Assembly: GCA_016235585.1 (NCBI GenBank)
Contig: JACRJY010000100.1
Location: 2,693-66,692, forward strand
Reading direction: 5' to 3'
DNA: 64,000 nt
Source of the DNA: Verrucomicrobiota bacterium
GTDB lineage: Bacteria; Verrucomicrobiota; Verrucomicrobiia; Limisphaerales; JACRJY01
This document shows positions 38,677-48,486 of this stretch, piece by piece (the first letter of the stretch is position 1; every line of letters begins with the position of its first letter). Made by a program: the position numbers and the translations under genes. Below the pieces are notes generated by a model. The model did no database searches. It was not told where the DNA came from and saw only the letters and a list, made by a program, of their open reading frames with translations.

Positions 38677-41600
38677 ATGTTTAAGAAATGTTTTTTGAAC
38701 CGCACCCTCGCCCTCGCCTTCGGGCTGGCCGCGCTTTCCCTCGACGCTGCTGAAATCGGTGCGGACAAAAAGGGCGGCACCGGCCTGAAAGTGGAAGACC
38801 GCCAGCCCGCGCCGCTCGTCGCGCCCGCGTCGAAGGAAGCCGAGTCGAACCTCAAGCGCATCCAGGTGCCCGCCGGGCTGAAGCTCGACCTCTGGGCCGC
38901 CGAGCCGATGTTCGCCAACCCCGTCGCCTTCTGCCTCGACGAGCAGGGGCGCGTGTTCGTCTCCGAGACCTACCGCTACCGCACGAGCGCCTTGGACATC
39001 CGGCACTACATGTTCATGCTGGAAGACGACATGGCGGCGCGCAACGTGGACGACCGCCTCGCCTACTCGAAGAAATGGTTCGGCGACAAGTTCAAGGACT
39101 TGAGCATCGAGACGGAAGTCGTCCGCCTGCTCGAAGACCGCACGGGCAGCGGCGTGGCGAACTTCTCCAGCATCTACGCCGACGGTTTCAACACGCCGCT
39201 CGACGGCATCGCCTCCGGCACGCTGGCGCGCAAGGGCAAGGTGTATTTCGCCAACATCCCGAACGTCTGGGAACTCTCCGGCATGGACAAGGACGGCCAC
39301 GCGACGGCGCGCAAGTCCATGAGCTACGGCTACGGCGTGCGCTACAGTTTCACCGGCCACGACCTGCACGGCCTCGTCATCGGGCCGGATGGAAAACTCT
39401 ACTTCAGCTTCGGCGACCGTGGCGCGACGGTGAAGACGAAGGAGGGCAAGACGCTCGCGTTCCCCGACGAAGGCGCGGTGTTCCGTTGCAACCTCGACGG
39501 CTCCGAACTTGAAGTCGTCTATCGCGGCCTCCGCAATCCGCAGGAGCTCGTCTTCGACAACTACGGAAATCTTTTCACCGGCGACAACGACTTCGACCAC
39601 GGCGACGAGGAACGGCTCGTCTATGTCGTCGAGGGCGGCGACAGCGGCTGGCGCGTCGGCTACCAGCACGCGCCGCTCGGCTTCGACCTCGTGGCGTGGA
39701 AGTCCGAGCACATCTGGATAAATCACGAGTCGCGCCAGGCCGACTACAACGGCAAAAAACTCGACAACCGCGTCGCCGACGTCGGCATCCGGCCCGCCGC
39801 GTATCTCAAGCCCATCTCGAACGTCGGCGACGGCCCGTCGGGCTTCGCGTTCAATCCGGGTGCCGTCGCGCTGCCGGCAAAGTATGACGGCAAGTTTTTC
39901 CTCACGCACTTCAAGGGCGCGATTGGCACGAGCAAAATCCAGACGTTCCGCGTGAAGCCGGACGGCGCGGGCTTCACGCTGGCGGACTCGGAGGAGTTTC
40001 TCACGCAATGTCAGCCGACCGACGTGGACTTCGGCCCCGACGGCGCGGTGTATTTCTCCGACTGGGGCGAAGGCTGGGAGCGCACGAAGAAGGGCCGCCT
40101 CTACCGCGTGTATGACGAGAAGCTCATCAATAGCGCCGAAGTGCTCGCGACCAAGAAGCTCATCGGCGAGGGCATGGACAAGCGCTCCACCGACGAACTC
40201 GTGAAGCTGCTCGCGCACCGCGACCGCCGCGTGCGGCAGGAGGCGCAGTTCGCGCTGGTGGACAAGAAGGCCGCCGATGCGCTCGCGAACGTGGCGTATG
40301 CGAAGGGCGACCAGTTCGCGCGGCTGCACGCGATTTGGGGCCTCGGCCAACTTGGTCGCAACGATCGCAGGCAACTCGACCGTGCCCTCGGCTTGCTCGG
40401 CGACGAAGATGCCGAAATCCGCGCGCTGACGGCGAAGGTGCTCGGCGACGCGCGATTGAAGGAAGGCACCGGCCCGCTGGCAAAGGCGTTGGGCGACTCC
40501 AACTCGCGCGTCCAGTATTTCGCCGCACAGGCGCTGGGCCGCATCGGCAGCAAACAGGCGATTCCCGCCATCGCCGCGATGCTGGAGAAGAACAACAACG
40601 CCGACCAGTTCATCCGCCACGGCGGCGCGATGGCGCTCGCGGGAACGGGCGATGCGAAAGCCATTGCTGCGCTCGCGTTGCACAGTTCCGCCGCCGTCCG
40701 CGTCGCCGCCGTGCTCGCACTTCGCAAACTGGAGTCGGCAGAGATTGCGGTGTTCCTCAAGGATTCCGATCCTGCCGTCGTCATCGAGGCCGCACGCGCG
40801 ATCAACGATGCGCCGGTCAACGCCGCGATGCCGCAGATGGCGGAACTGCTCAACGCGGGCGCGCCAGCCGCCGCCAGCAAATGGGCGCAGCCGTTCCATC
40901 TGCGCGCCATCAACGCCAACTTCCGCACCGGCGACGCGAAGAGCGCAAAGGCGCTGGTGCAATTCGCCTCGACCCAGACCGCGCCGGAGGAGATGCGCGT
41001 CGAGGCGCTCGCTCAACTCGCGCTCTGGTCCGCGCCGCCCGCGCGCGACCGGGTTCTCGGCATTTACCGCCCGCTGCCGAAGCGCGACGCGAGGCCCGCC
41101 GCGGACGCGCTCAATTCTTCCCTCACGACCCTGCTGCAATCCGTGCCGGACAATATCCGCATCGCCGCCGCCGACGCGGCGGGCAAGCTGCAGGTGAAGA
41201 ACGCCGGGGCGCTCCTGTTCCTGCTCGTGACCGATGGCACCACCGCCAGCAAGGTGCGAATCGCCGCGCTCGGCGCGCTCGCGGCGTTGAAGGACAAGCG
41301 GCTCAACGACGCGCTCAAGCTCGCGTCCGCCGCGCCCGACATGGGGCTGCGGATCGAGGCCAGCCGCCTGCTCGGCCAGTCCGGCGGCGCGAGCGCCATC
41401 AAGAGGCTCACCGACGCGCTGAACAAGGGCGGCACCGCCGAGAAACAGAGCGCTCTCTCCGCCCTCACCACGATGAAGGGCAAGGACGCCGACAAAATCA
41501 TCAGCACCTGGGTCGAGCGCCTCGCTGCTGGCAAAGTGCCGGAGGAACTGCTGCTCGACGTGCTCGAAGCCGGCGCAACGCTGCGCTCCCCGAAAGCCAG

Positions 41601-42093
41601 CAAGGCACTGGCGGCCTTCAATGCCGCTCGGCCGAAGGACGACGAGCTCGCGCCCTTTCGCGAAGTGCTGCACGGCGGCAACGCCGAGGCGGGAAGAAAG
41701 ATTTTTCTGGAGCGCGCCGACGCCCAGTGCCTGCGCTGCCACAAGATGAAGGGCGAAGGCAGCGAAGTTGGCCCCGACCTCACCACCCTCGGCGCGCAGA
41801 AGCCGCGCGAGTATCTGCTCGAATCCATCGTGCTGCCGAACAAGATCATCGCGCCGGGCTTCGACAGCGTGTCCGTCATCTTGAAGGATGAGCAGGAATT
41901 CAGCGGCGTGCTCAAGGCCGAGACGGACACCGAGCTGACGCTCGCCATTCCCGGCGCCGCGCCGGTGAAGGTGAAGAAGGCGGACATCGCTTCGCGCCGC
42001 AAGGGACTTTCAGGGATGCCGGAGGGCTTCGGGCAAATCTTGAGCAAGCGCGATCTGCGCGATCTCGTGGAATTTCTCGCGACGGTGAAGTGA
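38677..42093 (+). CDS. PVC-type membrane-bound dehydrogenase-domain protein with HEAT repeats and a C-terminal CxxCH heme domain
   Basis: 'WAAEPMFANPV', 'HDLHGL..GPDG', 'GLRNPQEL', HEAT-like helices, 'QCLRCHKM..VGPDL', 'SGMP'. Confidence 0.9.
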   Translation: MFKKCFLNRTLALAFGLAALSLDAAEIGADKKGGTGLKVEDRQPAPLVAPASKEAESNLKRIQVPAGLKLDLWAAEPMFANPVAFCLDEQGRVFVSETYRYRTSALDIRHYMFMLEDDMAARNVDDRLAYSKKWFGDKFKDLSIETEVVRLLEDRTGSGVANFSSIYADGFNTPLDGIASGTLARKGKVYFANIPNVWELSGMDKDGHATARKSMSYGYGVRYSFTGHDLHGLVIGPDGKLYFSFGDRGATVKTKEGKTLAFPDEGAVFRCNLDGSELEVVYRGLRNPQELVFDNYGNLFTGDNDFDHGDEERLVYVVEGGDSGWRVGYQHAPLGFDLVAWKSEHIWINHESRQADYNGKKLDNRVADVGIRPAAYLKPISNVGDGPSGFAFNPGAVALPAKYDGKFFLTHFKGAIGTSKIQTFRVKPDGAGFTLADSEEFLTQCQPTDVDFGPDGAVYFSDWGEGWERTKKGRLYRVYDEKLINSAEVLATKKLIGEGMDKRSTDELVKLLAHRDRRVRQEAQFALVDKKAADALANVAYAKGDQFARLHAIWGLGQLGRNDRRQLDRALGLLGDEDAEIRALTAKVLGDARLKEGTGPLAKALGDSNSRVQYFAAQALGRIGSKQAIPAIAAMLEKNNNADQFIRHGGAMALAGTGDAKAIAALALHSSAAVRVAAVLALRKLESAEIAVFLKDSDPAVVIEAARAINDAPVNAAMPQMAELLNAGAPAAASKWAQPFHLRAINANFRTGDAKSAKALVQFASTQTAPEEMRVEALAQLALWSAPPARDRVLGIYRPLPKRDARPAADALNSSLTTLLQSVPDNIRIAAADAAGKLQVKNAGALLFLLVTDGTTASKVRIAALGALAALKDKRLNDALKLASAAPDMGLRIEASRLLGQSGGASAIKRLTDALNKGGTAEKQSALSALTTMKGKDADKIISTWVERLAAGKVPEELLLDVLEAGATLRSPKASKALAAFNAARPKDDELAPFREVLHGGNAEAGRKIFLERADAQCLRCHKMKGEGSEVGPDLTTLGAQKPREYLLESIVLPNKIIAPGFDSVSVILKDEQEFSGVLKAETDTELTLAIPGAAPVKVKKADIASRRKGLSGMPEGFGQILSKRDLRDLVEFLATVK

Positions 42094-42129
42094 GCGAGAG
42101 CAAATGTGCTGGTGATTTGCCCCGTTGAC

Positions 42130-42196
42130 TGGAGCGCCGAGCATCGCTCGGCTTTGGAGCGGATGCTGCCTGTGCCGAGCAATGCTTGGCGCTCCA
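42130..42196. repeat. REP doublet between convergent genes
   Basis: TGGAGCGCCGAGCATCGCTCGGC ... GCCGAGCAATGCTTGGCGCTCCA. Confidence 0.8.
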
Positions 42197-42198
42197 AT

Positions 42199-45036
42199 TC
42201 AACGCGCCGCCCGGTGCCGCGCGAGATTCTTGATGCTGCGGACGACCAGCGCGGTCCAGCCGGTCTGATGGTTCGCGCCCAAGCCCTTGCCGTTCTCGCC
42301 GTGGAAGTATTCGTGGAAGAGCACGAGGTCGCGCCAGTGCGGATCGTTGCGCCAGCGCTCGTCGTCGCCGTGGCACGGGCGGCGGCCCAGCTCGTCGGGC
42401 AGGAAAATTCCCGCGAGGCGGCGTTCGATTTCCTCGGCGATCTGTTCGAGGTTCAGCCAGCGGCCTGAACCCGTCGGACACTCCGCCTTCAGGCTGTCGC
42501 CGTAAAAATGGTGGTAGCGTTCCAGCGCCTCGATGAGGAGGTAGTTCACCGGGAACCAGATCGGCCCGCGCCAGTTCGAGTTGCCGCCGAAGAGCCAGGT
42601 GTTGGATTCGCCGGGAACGTAATCAACGCGGTGGACTTCGCCGCCGGCGTGAAATTCGTAGGGATGCTTCGCGTGGAACTTCGACACCGAGCGGAGGCCG
42701 TAGGGCGAAAGAAACTCGTCCTCGTCGAGCAGATATCGCAGCACGCGCTGCAACTGCTCGCGCGAGGGAATCGCCAGCAGCCGCCGTCCGTCGCCGCTGG
42801 AGACGTGGCGGGAGAGATCCTTGCGGTTCCGCAGGAACCACTCGAAGCGCTTCTTGAATCCCGGCAGGCTGTCAATCGCGTCGTTCTCCAAAACCTCGAC
42901 GGCGATGAGCGGCAGCAGGCCGACCATCGAGCGCGTCTTGAGCGGTGTGACAGTGTGGTCGGTCTGGATCTGGTCGTAGTAAAATCCGTCCGCCTCGTTC
43001 CACAGGCCGGTGCCGCCGAGCGTGTTCATCGCGTCGGTGATTTGCACGAAGTGCTCGAAGAACTTCGACGCCATGTCCTCGTAGGCCGTGTTGATTTTGT
43101 CGCCGTCGTGCGCGAGTTCGAGCGCGATGGCGAGCATCGTCGCGGAATAAAACGCCATCCACGCCGTGCCGTCGGCCTGCTGAAGCGAGCCGCCGGTGGG
43201 CAGCGGCTTCGAGCGGTCGAACACGCCGATGTTGTCGAGGCCGAGGAAGCCGCCGCTGAAAAGGTTTTTTCCCTGCGCGTCCTTGCGGTTGACCCACCAG
43301 GTGAAGTTGATGAGCAGCTTTTGGAAAACGCTTTCGAGAAAGTGCCGGTCGCGGCAGCCGCGCGCGCCGGCGATTTTATAGACGCGCCACGCGGCCCACG
43401 CGTGAACGGGCGGGTTCACATCGCCGAAGGCGAACTCGTAGGCGGGAATCTGCCCGTTCGGGTGCATATACCACTCGCGCAGCAGCAGGCTCAACTGCCG
43501 CTTGGCGAACTCGCCGTCGAGCTTCGCGAAGGGAATCATGTGAAACGCCAGATCCCACGCGGCGAACCACGGATACTCCCACGTGTCCGGCAGGGAAATC
43601 ACGTCGCGGCTGTAGATGTGCGGCCACTCGGCGTTGCGGCCCGCTGCGCGGCCCGGCGGTGGCACGGGCGAGTGCGGGTCGCCCTTCAGCCAGTCCTCGA
43701 CGACGTAGTGGTAGAACTGCTTCGACCACAGCAGCCCGGCGTAGCCCTGGCGGACGACATTTTTCTCCCCGGTGGAAAGCTGCGGCGGGCTGATGGAGGC
43801 GTAGAAGTCGTCGGCCTCGCGGAGGCGTGCGGTGAAGATGGCGTCGAAGGCCGCAAACGGGGCTTTCCTCTCATTAGCACCGGGCTTTAGCCCGGTGTTC
43901 GACGGGAGAATTGAGGCTTGAGCCGCTTTAGCGGCTTTTTTGGCGGGAGGAGAAACCGCTGAAGCGGTTGGTCTCTCTCCGGGGTCTTTCACCGGGCTAA
44001 AGCCCGGTGCTAATGAGAGGAGCGGAGACGAAGCTTCTTTTTCCGAGACGAGACGCAGCCGCACCGTCTGCGCCTCGTCGGGCGCGAGCTGGAGGACATA
44101 GTGCGGCGCGGCCTTGGTGCCACGGCCTTTCGGGCTGACGGCATCCGCGCGACCGTGGATGACATATTCGTGAAAGGCATCCTTCACGAAGGGAACCGCG
44201 TTCTCCGCGTTGAAGAGCCGCTGGTTGTTGGTCTCGTTGTCGGTGAACAGCACGGGGGGCTGCGAGCCGTCCGGCGCGGGGCCGATTTCAAAGACGTATT
44301 TTCCAAGCGTGTCGTGCGAGAGCGCCAGACGGTCCTCCTTCTCCAAGGCGATGCGCGGCTTGAGCGAGCAACCCTCGTGTGTGCAGCCCCAGATCCACGT
44401 GTTGCGAAACCACACCGTCGGCAGCAGGTGCAGCGTGGCGGACTGCGGGCCGCGGTTTGCCACGGTGATGCGAATCAGAATGTCATCCGGCGCGTTCTTC
44501 GCGTATTCGGCGAACACGTCGAAGTAGCGGTTCCCGTCGAAGACACCGGTGTCGGCAAGCTCGTATTCAGGGTCATCTTTGCCGCGCTGCTGGTTTTCCT
44601 CGATGAGCCGCGCGTAGGGGAACTCGGCCTGCGGATACTTGTAGAGCGCCTTGGCGTAGGAATGCGTCGGCGTCGCGTCGAGGTAGAAGTATTGCTCCTT
44701 CACGTCCTCGCCGTGGTTGCCCTCGTTGCCGGTGAGGCCGAAGAGGCGCTCTTTGAGAATCGCGTCTTTGCCATTCCACAGCGCGAGCGCGAAGCAGAGA
44801 CGGCACTCGCGGTCGGTGAAGCCGAGCAGGCCGTCCTCGCCCCAGCGATAGGCGCGGCTGCGCGCGTGGTCGTGAGGGAAATATTCCCAGCACGTGCCGC
44901 CCGGCGAATAATCCTCGCGCACCGTCGCCCACTGGCGCTCGGCGAGATACGGCCCCCAGCGCTTCCAGTTTTTCGCGCGCGCGGCGTCCTCGGCCAGACG
45001 GCGGGCCTCGGCGGTGATGGGGGTGGATTTTTTCAT
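42199..45036 (-). CDS. GH63/MGH1-like glycoside hydrolase
   Basis: 'WGPYLAERQW.TVREDYS', 'WEYPWFAAWDLAFH', 'GGFLGLDNIG', 'NSNWRGPIW', 'GLGANHQTGWT'. Confidence 0.92.
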   Translation of the reverse strand: MKKSTPITAEARRLAEDAARAKNWKRWGPYLAERQWATVREDYSPGGTCWEYFPHDHARSRAYRWGEDGLLGFTDRECRLCFALALWNGKDAILKERLFGLTGNEGNHGEDVKEQYFYLDATPTHSYAKALYKYPQAEFPYARLIEENQQRGKDDPEYELADTGVFDGNRYFDVFAEYAKNAPDDILIRITVANRGPQSATLHLLPTVWFRNTWIWGCTHEGCSLKPRIALEKEDRLALSHDTLGKYVFEIGPAPDGSQPPVLFTDNETNNQRLFNAENAVPFVKDAFHEYVIHGRADAVSPKGRGTKAAPHYVLQLAPDEAQTVRLRLVSEKEASSPLLSLAPGFSPVKDPGERPTASAVSPPAKKAAKAAQASILPSNTGLKPGANERKAPFAAFDAIFTARLREADDFYASISPPQLSTGEKNVVRQGYAGLLWSKQFYHYVVEDWLKGDPHSPVPPPGRAAGRNAEWPHIYSRDVISLPDTWEYPWFAAWDLAFHMIPFAKLDGEFAKRQLSLLLREWYMHPNGQIPAYEFAFGDVNPPVHAWAAWRVYKIAGARGCRDRHFLESVFQKLLINFTWWVNRKDAQGKNLFSGGFLGLDNIGVFDRSKPLPTGGSLQQADGTAWMAFYSATMLAIALELAHDGDKINTAYEDMASKFFEHFVQITDAMNTLGGTGLWNEADGFYYDQIQTDHTVTPLKTRSMVGLLPLIAVEVLENDAIDSLPGFKKRFEWFLRNRKDLSRHVSSGDGRRLLAIPSREQLQRVLRYLLDEDEFLSPYGLRSVSKFHAKHPYEFHAGGEVHRVDYVPGESNTWLFGGNSNWRGPIWFPVNYLLIEALERYHHFYGDSLKAECPTGSGRWLNLEQIAEEIERRLAGIFLPDELGRRPCHGDDERWRNDPHWRDLVLFHEYFHGENGKGLGANHQTGWTALVVRSIKNLARHRAAR
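43866..44021. repeat. 156-bp palindromic element lying in frame within the GH63 gene
   Basis: Perfect 32-bp terminal IR TCCTCTCATTAGCACCGGGCTTTAGCCCGGTG / CACCGGGCTAAAGCCCGGTGCTAATGAGAGGA, plus inner hairpins AGCCGCTTTAGCGGCT and AACCGCTGAAGCGGTT. Confidence 0.92.
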
Positions 45037-45067
45037 GCGGCAAGGTTCAGGGCGCTGATGTTTTTAG

Positions 45068-45097
45068 CCACGGATGAAACACGGATGGGACACAGAT
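45068..45097. repeat. Short 11-bp-period tandem repeat
   Basis: CACGGATGAAA-CACGGATGGGA-CACAGAT. Confidence 0.6.
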
Positions 45098-45205
45098 AAG
45101 CAGCCCGCCCCGGCCAAGTCGAGCAAAGCCGCACGGGGAATGCGCTTTGATTTGGACTATCGGCGCGCTAGGCTCGGAACTGAATGCGGCGCGAGCCGCC
45201 TTGCG

Positions 45206-45844
45206 ATGAAAGTCATTGTCACCTGCGGGCCAAGCTACGAGCCGATTGACCAGGCGCGGCGGCTCACGAATTTTTCCACGGGCCGGCTCGGCATCGCGCT
45301 CGCCAACGCCTTCACGCGCCACGGCTGGGAGGTGGCCTGCCTCAAGGGTGAACAGGCCACCTGCGCCGACCCACTGCACGCAAAGACGGTGCAGACGTTC
45401 TCCACCAACGAAGACCTCGCGCAAAAGCTGGAGACGTTGAGCCGCGCGGGAAAAGTGGATGCCGTGTTCCACGCTGCCGCGTTGTGCGATTTCAAGGTGG
45501 CCCGCGTCGAGAACGAGGCCGGCGAAACCATCGTGTCGCCGAAGTTTTCCACGCGTGAAGGCGGGCTGCGGCTCGTGCTCGTGCCGACGCTCAAGGTGCT
45601 GCCGGAACTGCGCGACTGGTTTCCAAATGCCAAAATCGCCGGCTGGAAATACGAGCTGGCCGGGACGCGTGCCGAGGCGTTCGAGGCCGCGGGGCGGCAG
45701 TTGCGCGGGTGCCGCACCGACGCCTGCGTGCTCAACGGCGCGGCCTACGGTAGCGGCTTCGCCCTCTGCACGCCGGACAAGTCAGTGAAGGAATGCGCGG
45801 ATGCGGATGCGCTCGCGGAAGAACTACTGCGATGGGTGATGTGA
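45206..45844 (+). CDS. coaB: Stand-alone phosphopantothenate-cysteine ligase
   Basis: 'VIVTCGPSYEPID..RRLTNFSTGRLG', 'FHAAALCDF', 'GWKYE'; no flavoprotein domain. Confidence 0.85.
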   Translation: MKVIVTCGPSYEPIDQARRLTNFSTGRLGIALANAFTRHGWEVACLKGEQATCADPLHAKTVQTFSTNEDLAQKLETLSRAGKVDAVFHAAALCDFKVARVENEAGETIVSPKFSTREGGLRLVLVPTLKVLPELRDWFPNAKIAGWKYELAGTRAEAFEAAGRQLRGCRTDACVLNGAAYGSGFALCTPDKSVKECADADALAEELLRWVM

Positions 45845-45860
45845 GATTGTCCACTGATTT

Positions 45861-45949
45861 TCAACCACGGAAAACACGGAGCACACGGAAAGGAGAACAG
45901 GGGAAATCCCTCATCTGGATTCCGTGTGCTCCGTGTTTTCCGTGGTTGA
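45861..45949. repeat. Perfect 30-bp inverted repeat built from 9-bp units
   Basis: TCAACCACGGAAAACACGGAGCACACGGAA (45861-45890) and its exact reverse complement (45920-45949), between convergent genes. Confidence 0.9.
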
Positions 45950-45983
45950 TGAGTTTCGGGATGATGAGCCTGGCGGGAACGAT

Positions 45984-46967
45984 TCACCGCTCCACCGTCT
46001 GCTTGTAGGCTTGGATTCCCAATAAGATGGAGCGCGCAATTTTCCGGCGGTAGGCGGTGTCGTAGATTTTTTTGCTCTCGGCGGTGTCGGTCATGAAGCC
46101 GCCCTCGATGAGGATCGCCGGCATCTCCGGCGTCTTGAGCACGGCGAAGCGCGCGCGGCGCACGCCGCGATCCTCGGCGTCGAGGTTTTTCACGAGCGAA
46201 CGCTGCACGAGGTAGGCGAGCGTCATGTTTTTGTCGTTGTTCCGGTTGCCGATCAGCGCGCCGTTTTCCGTGCCTTCACCGCGCGCGTTGGTGGAGCTGG
46301 CGTGGGCGGGGGTCAGGCAATACGTCTCCACGCCGCGCGCGCCGGTGCCCTCGGCGGCGTTGAAATGCAGGCTGATGAACAGGTCGGCCTTGAGTTCGTT
46401 GGCCATGAGCGGGCGCAGATTGAGATCCACGGATTTGTCGGTGGAGCGCGTGAACACGACCTTGAATCCTTCCTTGCGGAGCTGCTGGCCCAGTTCTTCC
46501 GCCAGCGCGAGGGTGAACTTTTTTTCCTGCCGCGCGCCCTCCTGATTGCCAGGATCCCGTCCGCCGTGGCCGGGGTCGAGGCAGATGGTTTTGATTTTCG
46601 CGCCCTTGGAGTTTTTTGAGGGATAGAGCACGGGGTAGATCGCCGTGTCCAGATCGAGTGGCGCGAGGTAGGCGTCGCCGTTTTTGCGCGCGACGGGGAT
46701 GGAGAGCCAGACGTTGATGCCGTTGACCTCGGCCTTGCGCGAGTCGGCCTCGAAGACGAGCCGCGCCGGGCCGGATTCGAGCCGCACCTGCTCATCCTTG
46801 CGCGTCCACTTCAGCGAGAAGCCGGTGGCCCCGGCCCAGTCCGCCAGCCGCACGTATTCTTTTCCAAACAGGGTGACGCGCTCCAGCTTCCGCGCCGCGC
46901 CGGAGCCGGCGAAAGCGAGAAGGGAAAAAACCGCCAGCGCGTAAAAGGACTTCAAGGCGGGATTCAC
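45984..46967 (-). CDS. N-acetylmuramoyl-L-alanine amidase (Amidase_3)
   Basis: 'LDPGHGG.DPG', 'EK', 'FISLHFNA', 'GVETY', 'PAILIEGGF'. Confidence 0.92.
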   Translation of the reverse strand: MNPALKSFYALAVFSLLAFAGSGAARKLERVTLFGKEYVRLADWAGATGFSLKWTRKDEQVRLESGPARLVFEADSRKAEVNGINVWLSIPVARKNGDAYLAPLDLDTAIYPVLYPSKNSKGAKIKTICLDPGHGGRDPGNQEGARQEKKFTLALAEELGQQLRKEGFKVVFTRSTDKSVDLNLRPLMANELKADLFISLHFNAAEGTGARGVETYCLTPAHASSTNARGEGTENGALIGNRNNDKNMTLAYLVQRSLVKNLDAEDRGVRRARFAVLKTPEMPAILIEGGFMTDTAESKKIYDTAYRRKIARSILLGIQAYKQTVER

Positions 46968-47023
46968 GGCGGCGCAATCTGCATTGCCGTCGCGGCGAAT
47001 TCAAGCGATTTGATTGCGCCAGC

Positions 47024-47052
47024 AAAAAAGCCCGGCCTGTGCGGCCGGGCTT
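47024..47052 (-). terminator. Rho-independent terminator after rplI
   Basis: AAGCCCGGCC-GCACA-GGCCGGGCTTTTTT on the minus strand. Confidence 0.85.
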
Positions 47053-47070
47053 GCGTTGGTGAAATTGAAA

Positions 47071-47640
47071 TTATTTTGCCGCCTCGGCCTTGGGCGCACG
47101 GGGCTTGCGCTCGAAACGGTCGCGGCGGCCTTCGGGCCGGCCGTCGGCCTTGGCGGGCGCGGTCTCCACCGGCGCGGGCGGCGGCGTGGAGCTTTTCACA
47201 ACGACCTTGAGCGTGGTGTTCACGTCGTGATGCAGGCGCATCTCGACTTCGTGGTCACCGATGGTCTTGATGGGCTTTTCGAGGTGAATCTTGCGCTTGT
47301 CGAGCGTGACCTCGAACTGGTGCTTGAGCTCGTCGGCAATCGCGCCAGAGGTGACGGAGCCGAACATCTTGCCGTCGTCGCCGGTCTTGACGGTGATGGT
47401 GAGCGTCATCTTGGAGAGGCTCTTGGAGAGCTCCATCATGGTGTTGAGCTCGTGGGCCTCGCGCTCGGCGCGGCGCTGCTTGAGCGCCTCGATCTGGCGC
47501 TTGTTGGCCGACGTGAGCGGGACGGCCAGGCGCTGCGGGAACAGGTAGTTGCGCGCGTAGCCGGCGGCGACCTTGACCTGGTCGGACTCGGCACCGAGGC
47601 CGACGATGTTGGTAATGAGGATGACTTCGGTTTTAGGCAT
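47071..47640 (-). CDS. rplI: 50S ribosomal protein L9 with a C-terminal extension
   Basis: 'LG...V.VAAGYARNYL.P', 'GKMFGSVT', 'IKTIG'. Confidence 0.95.
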   Translation of the reverse strand: MPKTEVILITNIVGLGAESDQVKVAAGYARNYLFPQRLAVPLTSANKRQIEALKQRRAEREAHELNTMMELSKSLSKMTLTITVKTGDDGKMFGSVTSGAIADELKHQFEVTLDKRKIHLEKPIKTIGDHEVEMRLHHDVNTTLKVVVKSSTPPPAPVETAPAKADGRPEGRRDRFERKPRAPKAEAAK

Positions 47641-47697
47641 AAAAAATTGGTGGAGTTGAATGGCGCGCAAACAGTCGCCGGTTTTCAGTTCTTAAAC

Positions 47698-48165
47698 TTA
47701 AAAGGGAACGTCGTCGCCCTCGTGCGGCGGCACGTCGGGATCGGCGGCGGGCGCGGCGGGTGCGGACGGGGCCGGGCGCGCCGCGGGCGCGGCGGGACGC
47801 TCGGCATCACCGCCGCCGGCACCGCTGCCAGTCGGGCTGCCGAGAAATTGAACGGTCTCGGCCACGACGCCGAGTTTGCTGCGCTTCTGGCCGGTCTGCT
47901 TGTCGTCCCATTGGTCGAGGCGCAGGCGGCCTTCGATGAGAATGGGCCGGCCTTTGCGCATATACTGGCCGACGTTTTCCGCCGTGCGGCCAAAGACGTC
48001 CACGTCCACAAAAGTCACTTCCTCCTTCTTCTCGCCGGTTTCGGTGGTCCAGACGCGGTTGACGGCGACGCCGATCTTGGCGATGGCCGTGCCCTTGGGC
48101 GTGTAGCGCAGCTCGGGGTCGCGCGTGAGGTTCCCCATCAGGATGACTTTGTTGAAGCTGGCCAT
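47698..48165 (-). CDS. ssb: Single-stranded DNA-binding protein
   Basis: 'NKVILMGNLTRDPELRYT', C-terminal 'DDVPF'. Confidence 0.97.
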   Translation of the reverse strand: MASFNKVILMGNLTRDPELRYTPKGTAIAKIGVAVNRVWTTETGEKKEEVTFVDVDVFGRTAENVGQYMRKGRPILIEGRLRLDQWDDKQTGQKRSKLGVVAETVQFLGSPTGSGAGGGDAERPAAPAARPAPSAPAAPAADPDVPPHEGDDVPF

Positions 48166-48171
48166 GGTGGT

Positions 48172-48486
48172 TTAAGCGGTTTTGGCCTCGGGCACGGCGG
48201 GCGCGGCGTTGGAGATGAGGACGCGGAAGACTTCCTCGCTCAACGCGAACTTCTGCCGCAGTTGCGCGACCGCGCCGGGCTGGCTCTCAAAAATGACGTT
48301 CACGTAGAAGCCGGAGCTGTGGCGGCGGTCGGCCACGCGCGCGAACGCGCGCTTGTCCATCTTCTGCACCGTCTCGACCCTGCCGCCGGCGGCGGTGATC
48401 TCGTTCGAGATTTTGTCAATGGCTTCCTTGACGCCTTCCTCGCGCCCCGCCGTGTTCAAGATGAACAGACCTTCGTATTTTTTCAC
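48172..48486 (-). CDS. rpsF: 30S ribosomal protein S6
   Basis: 'KYEGLFIL', 'KRAFA', 'GFYV', 'VFRVL'; upstream of ssb. Confidence 0.9.
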   Translation of the reverse strand: MKKYEGLFILNTAGREEGVKEAIDKISNEITAAGGRVETVQKMDKRAFARVADRRHSSGFYVNVIFESQPGAVAQLRQKFALSEEVFRVLISNAAPAVPEAKTA

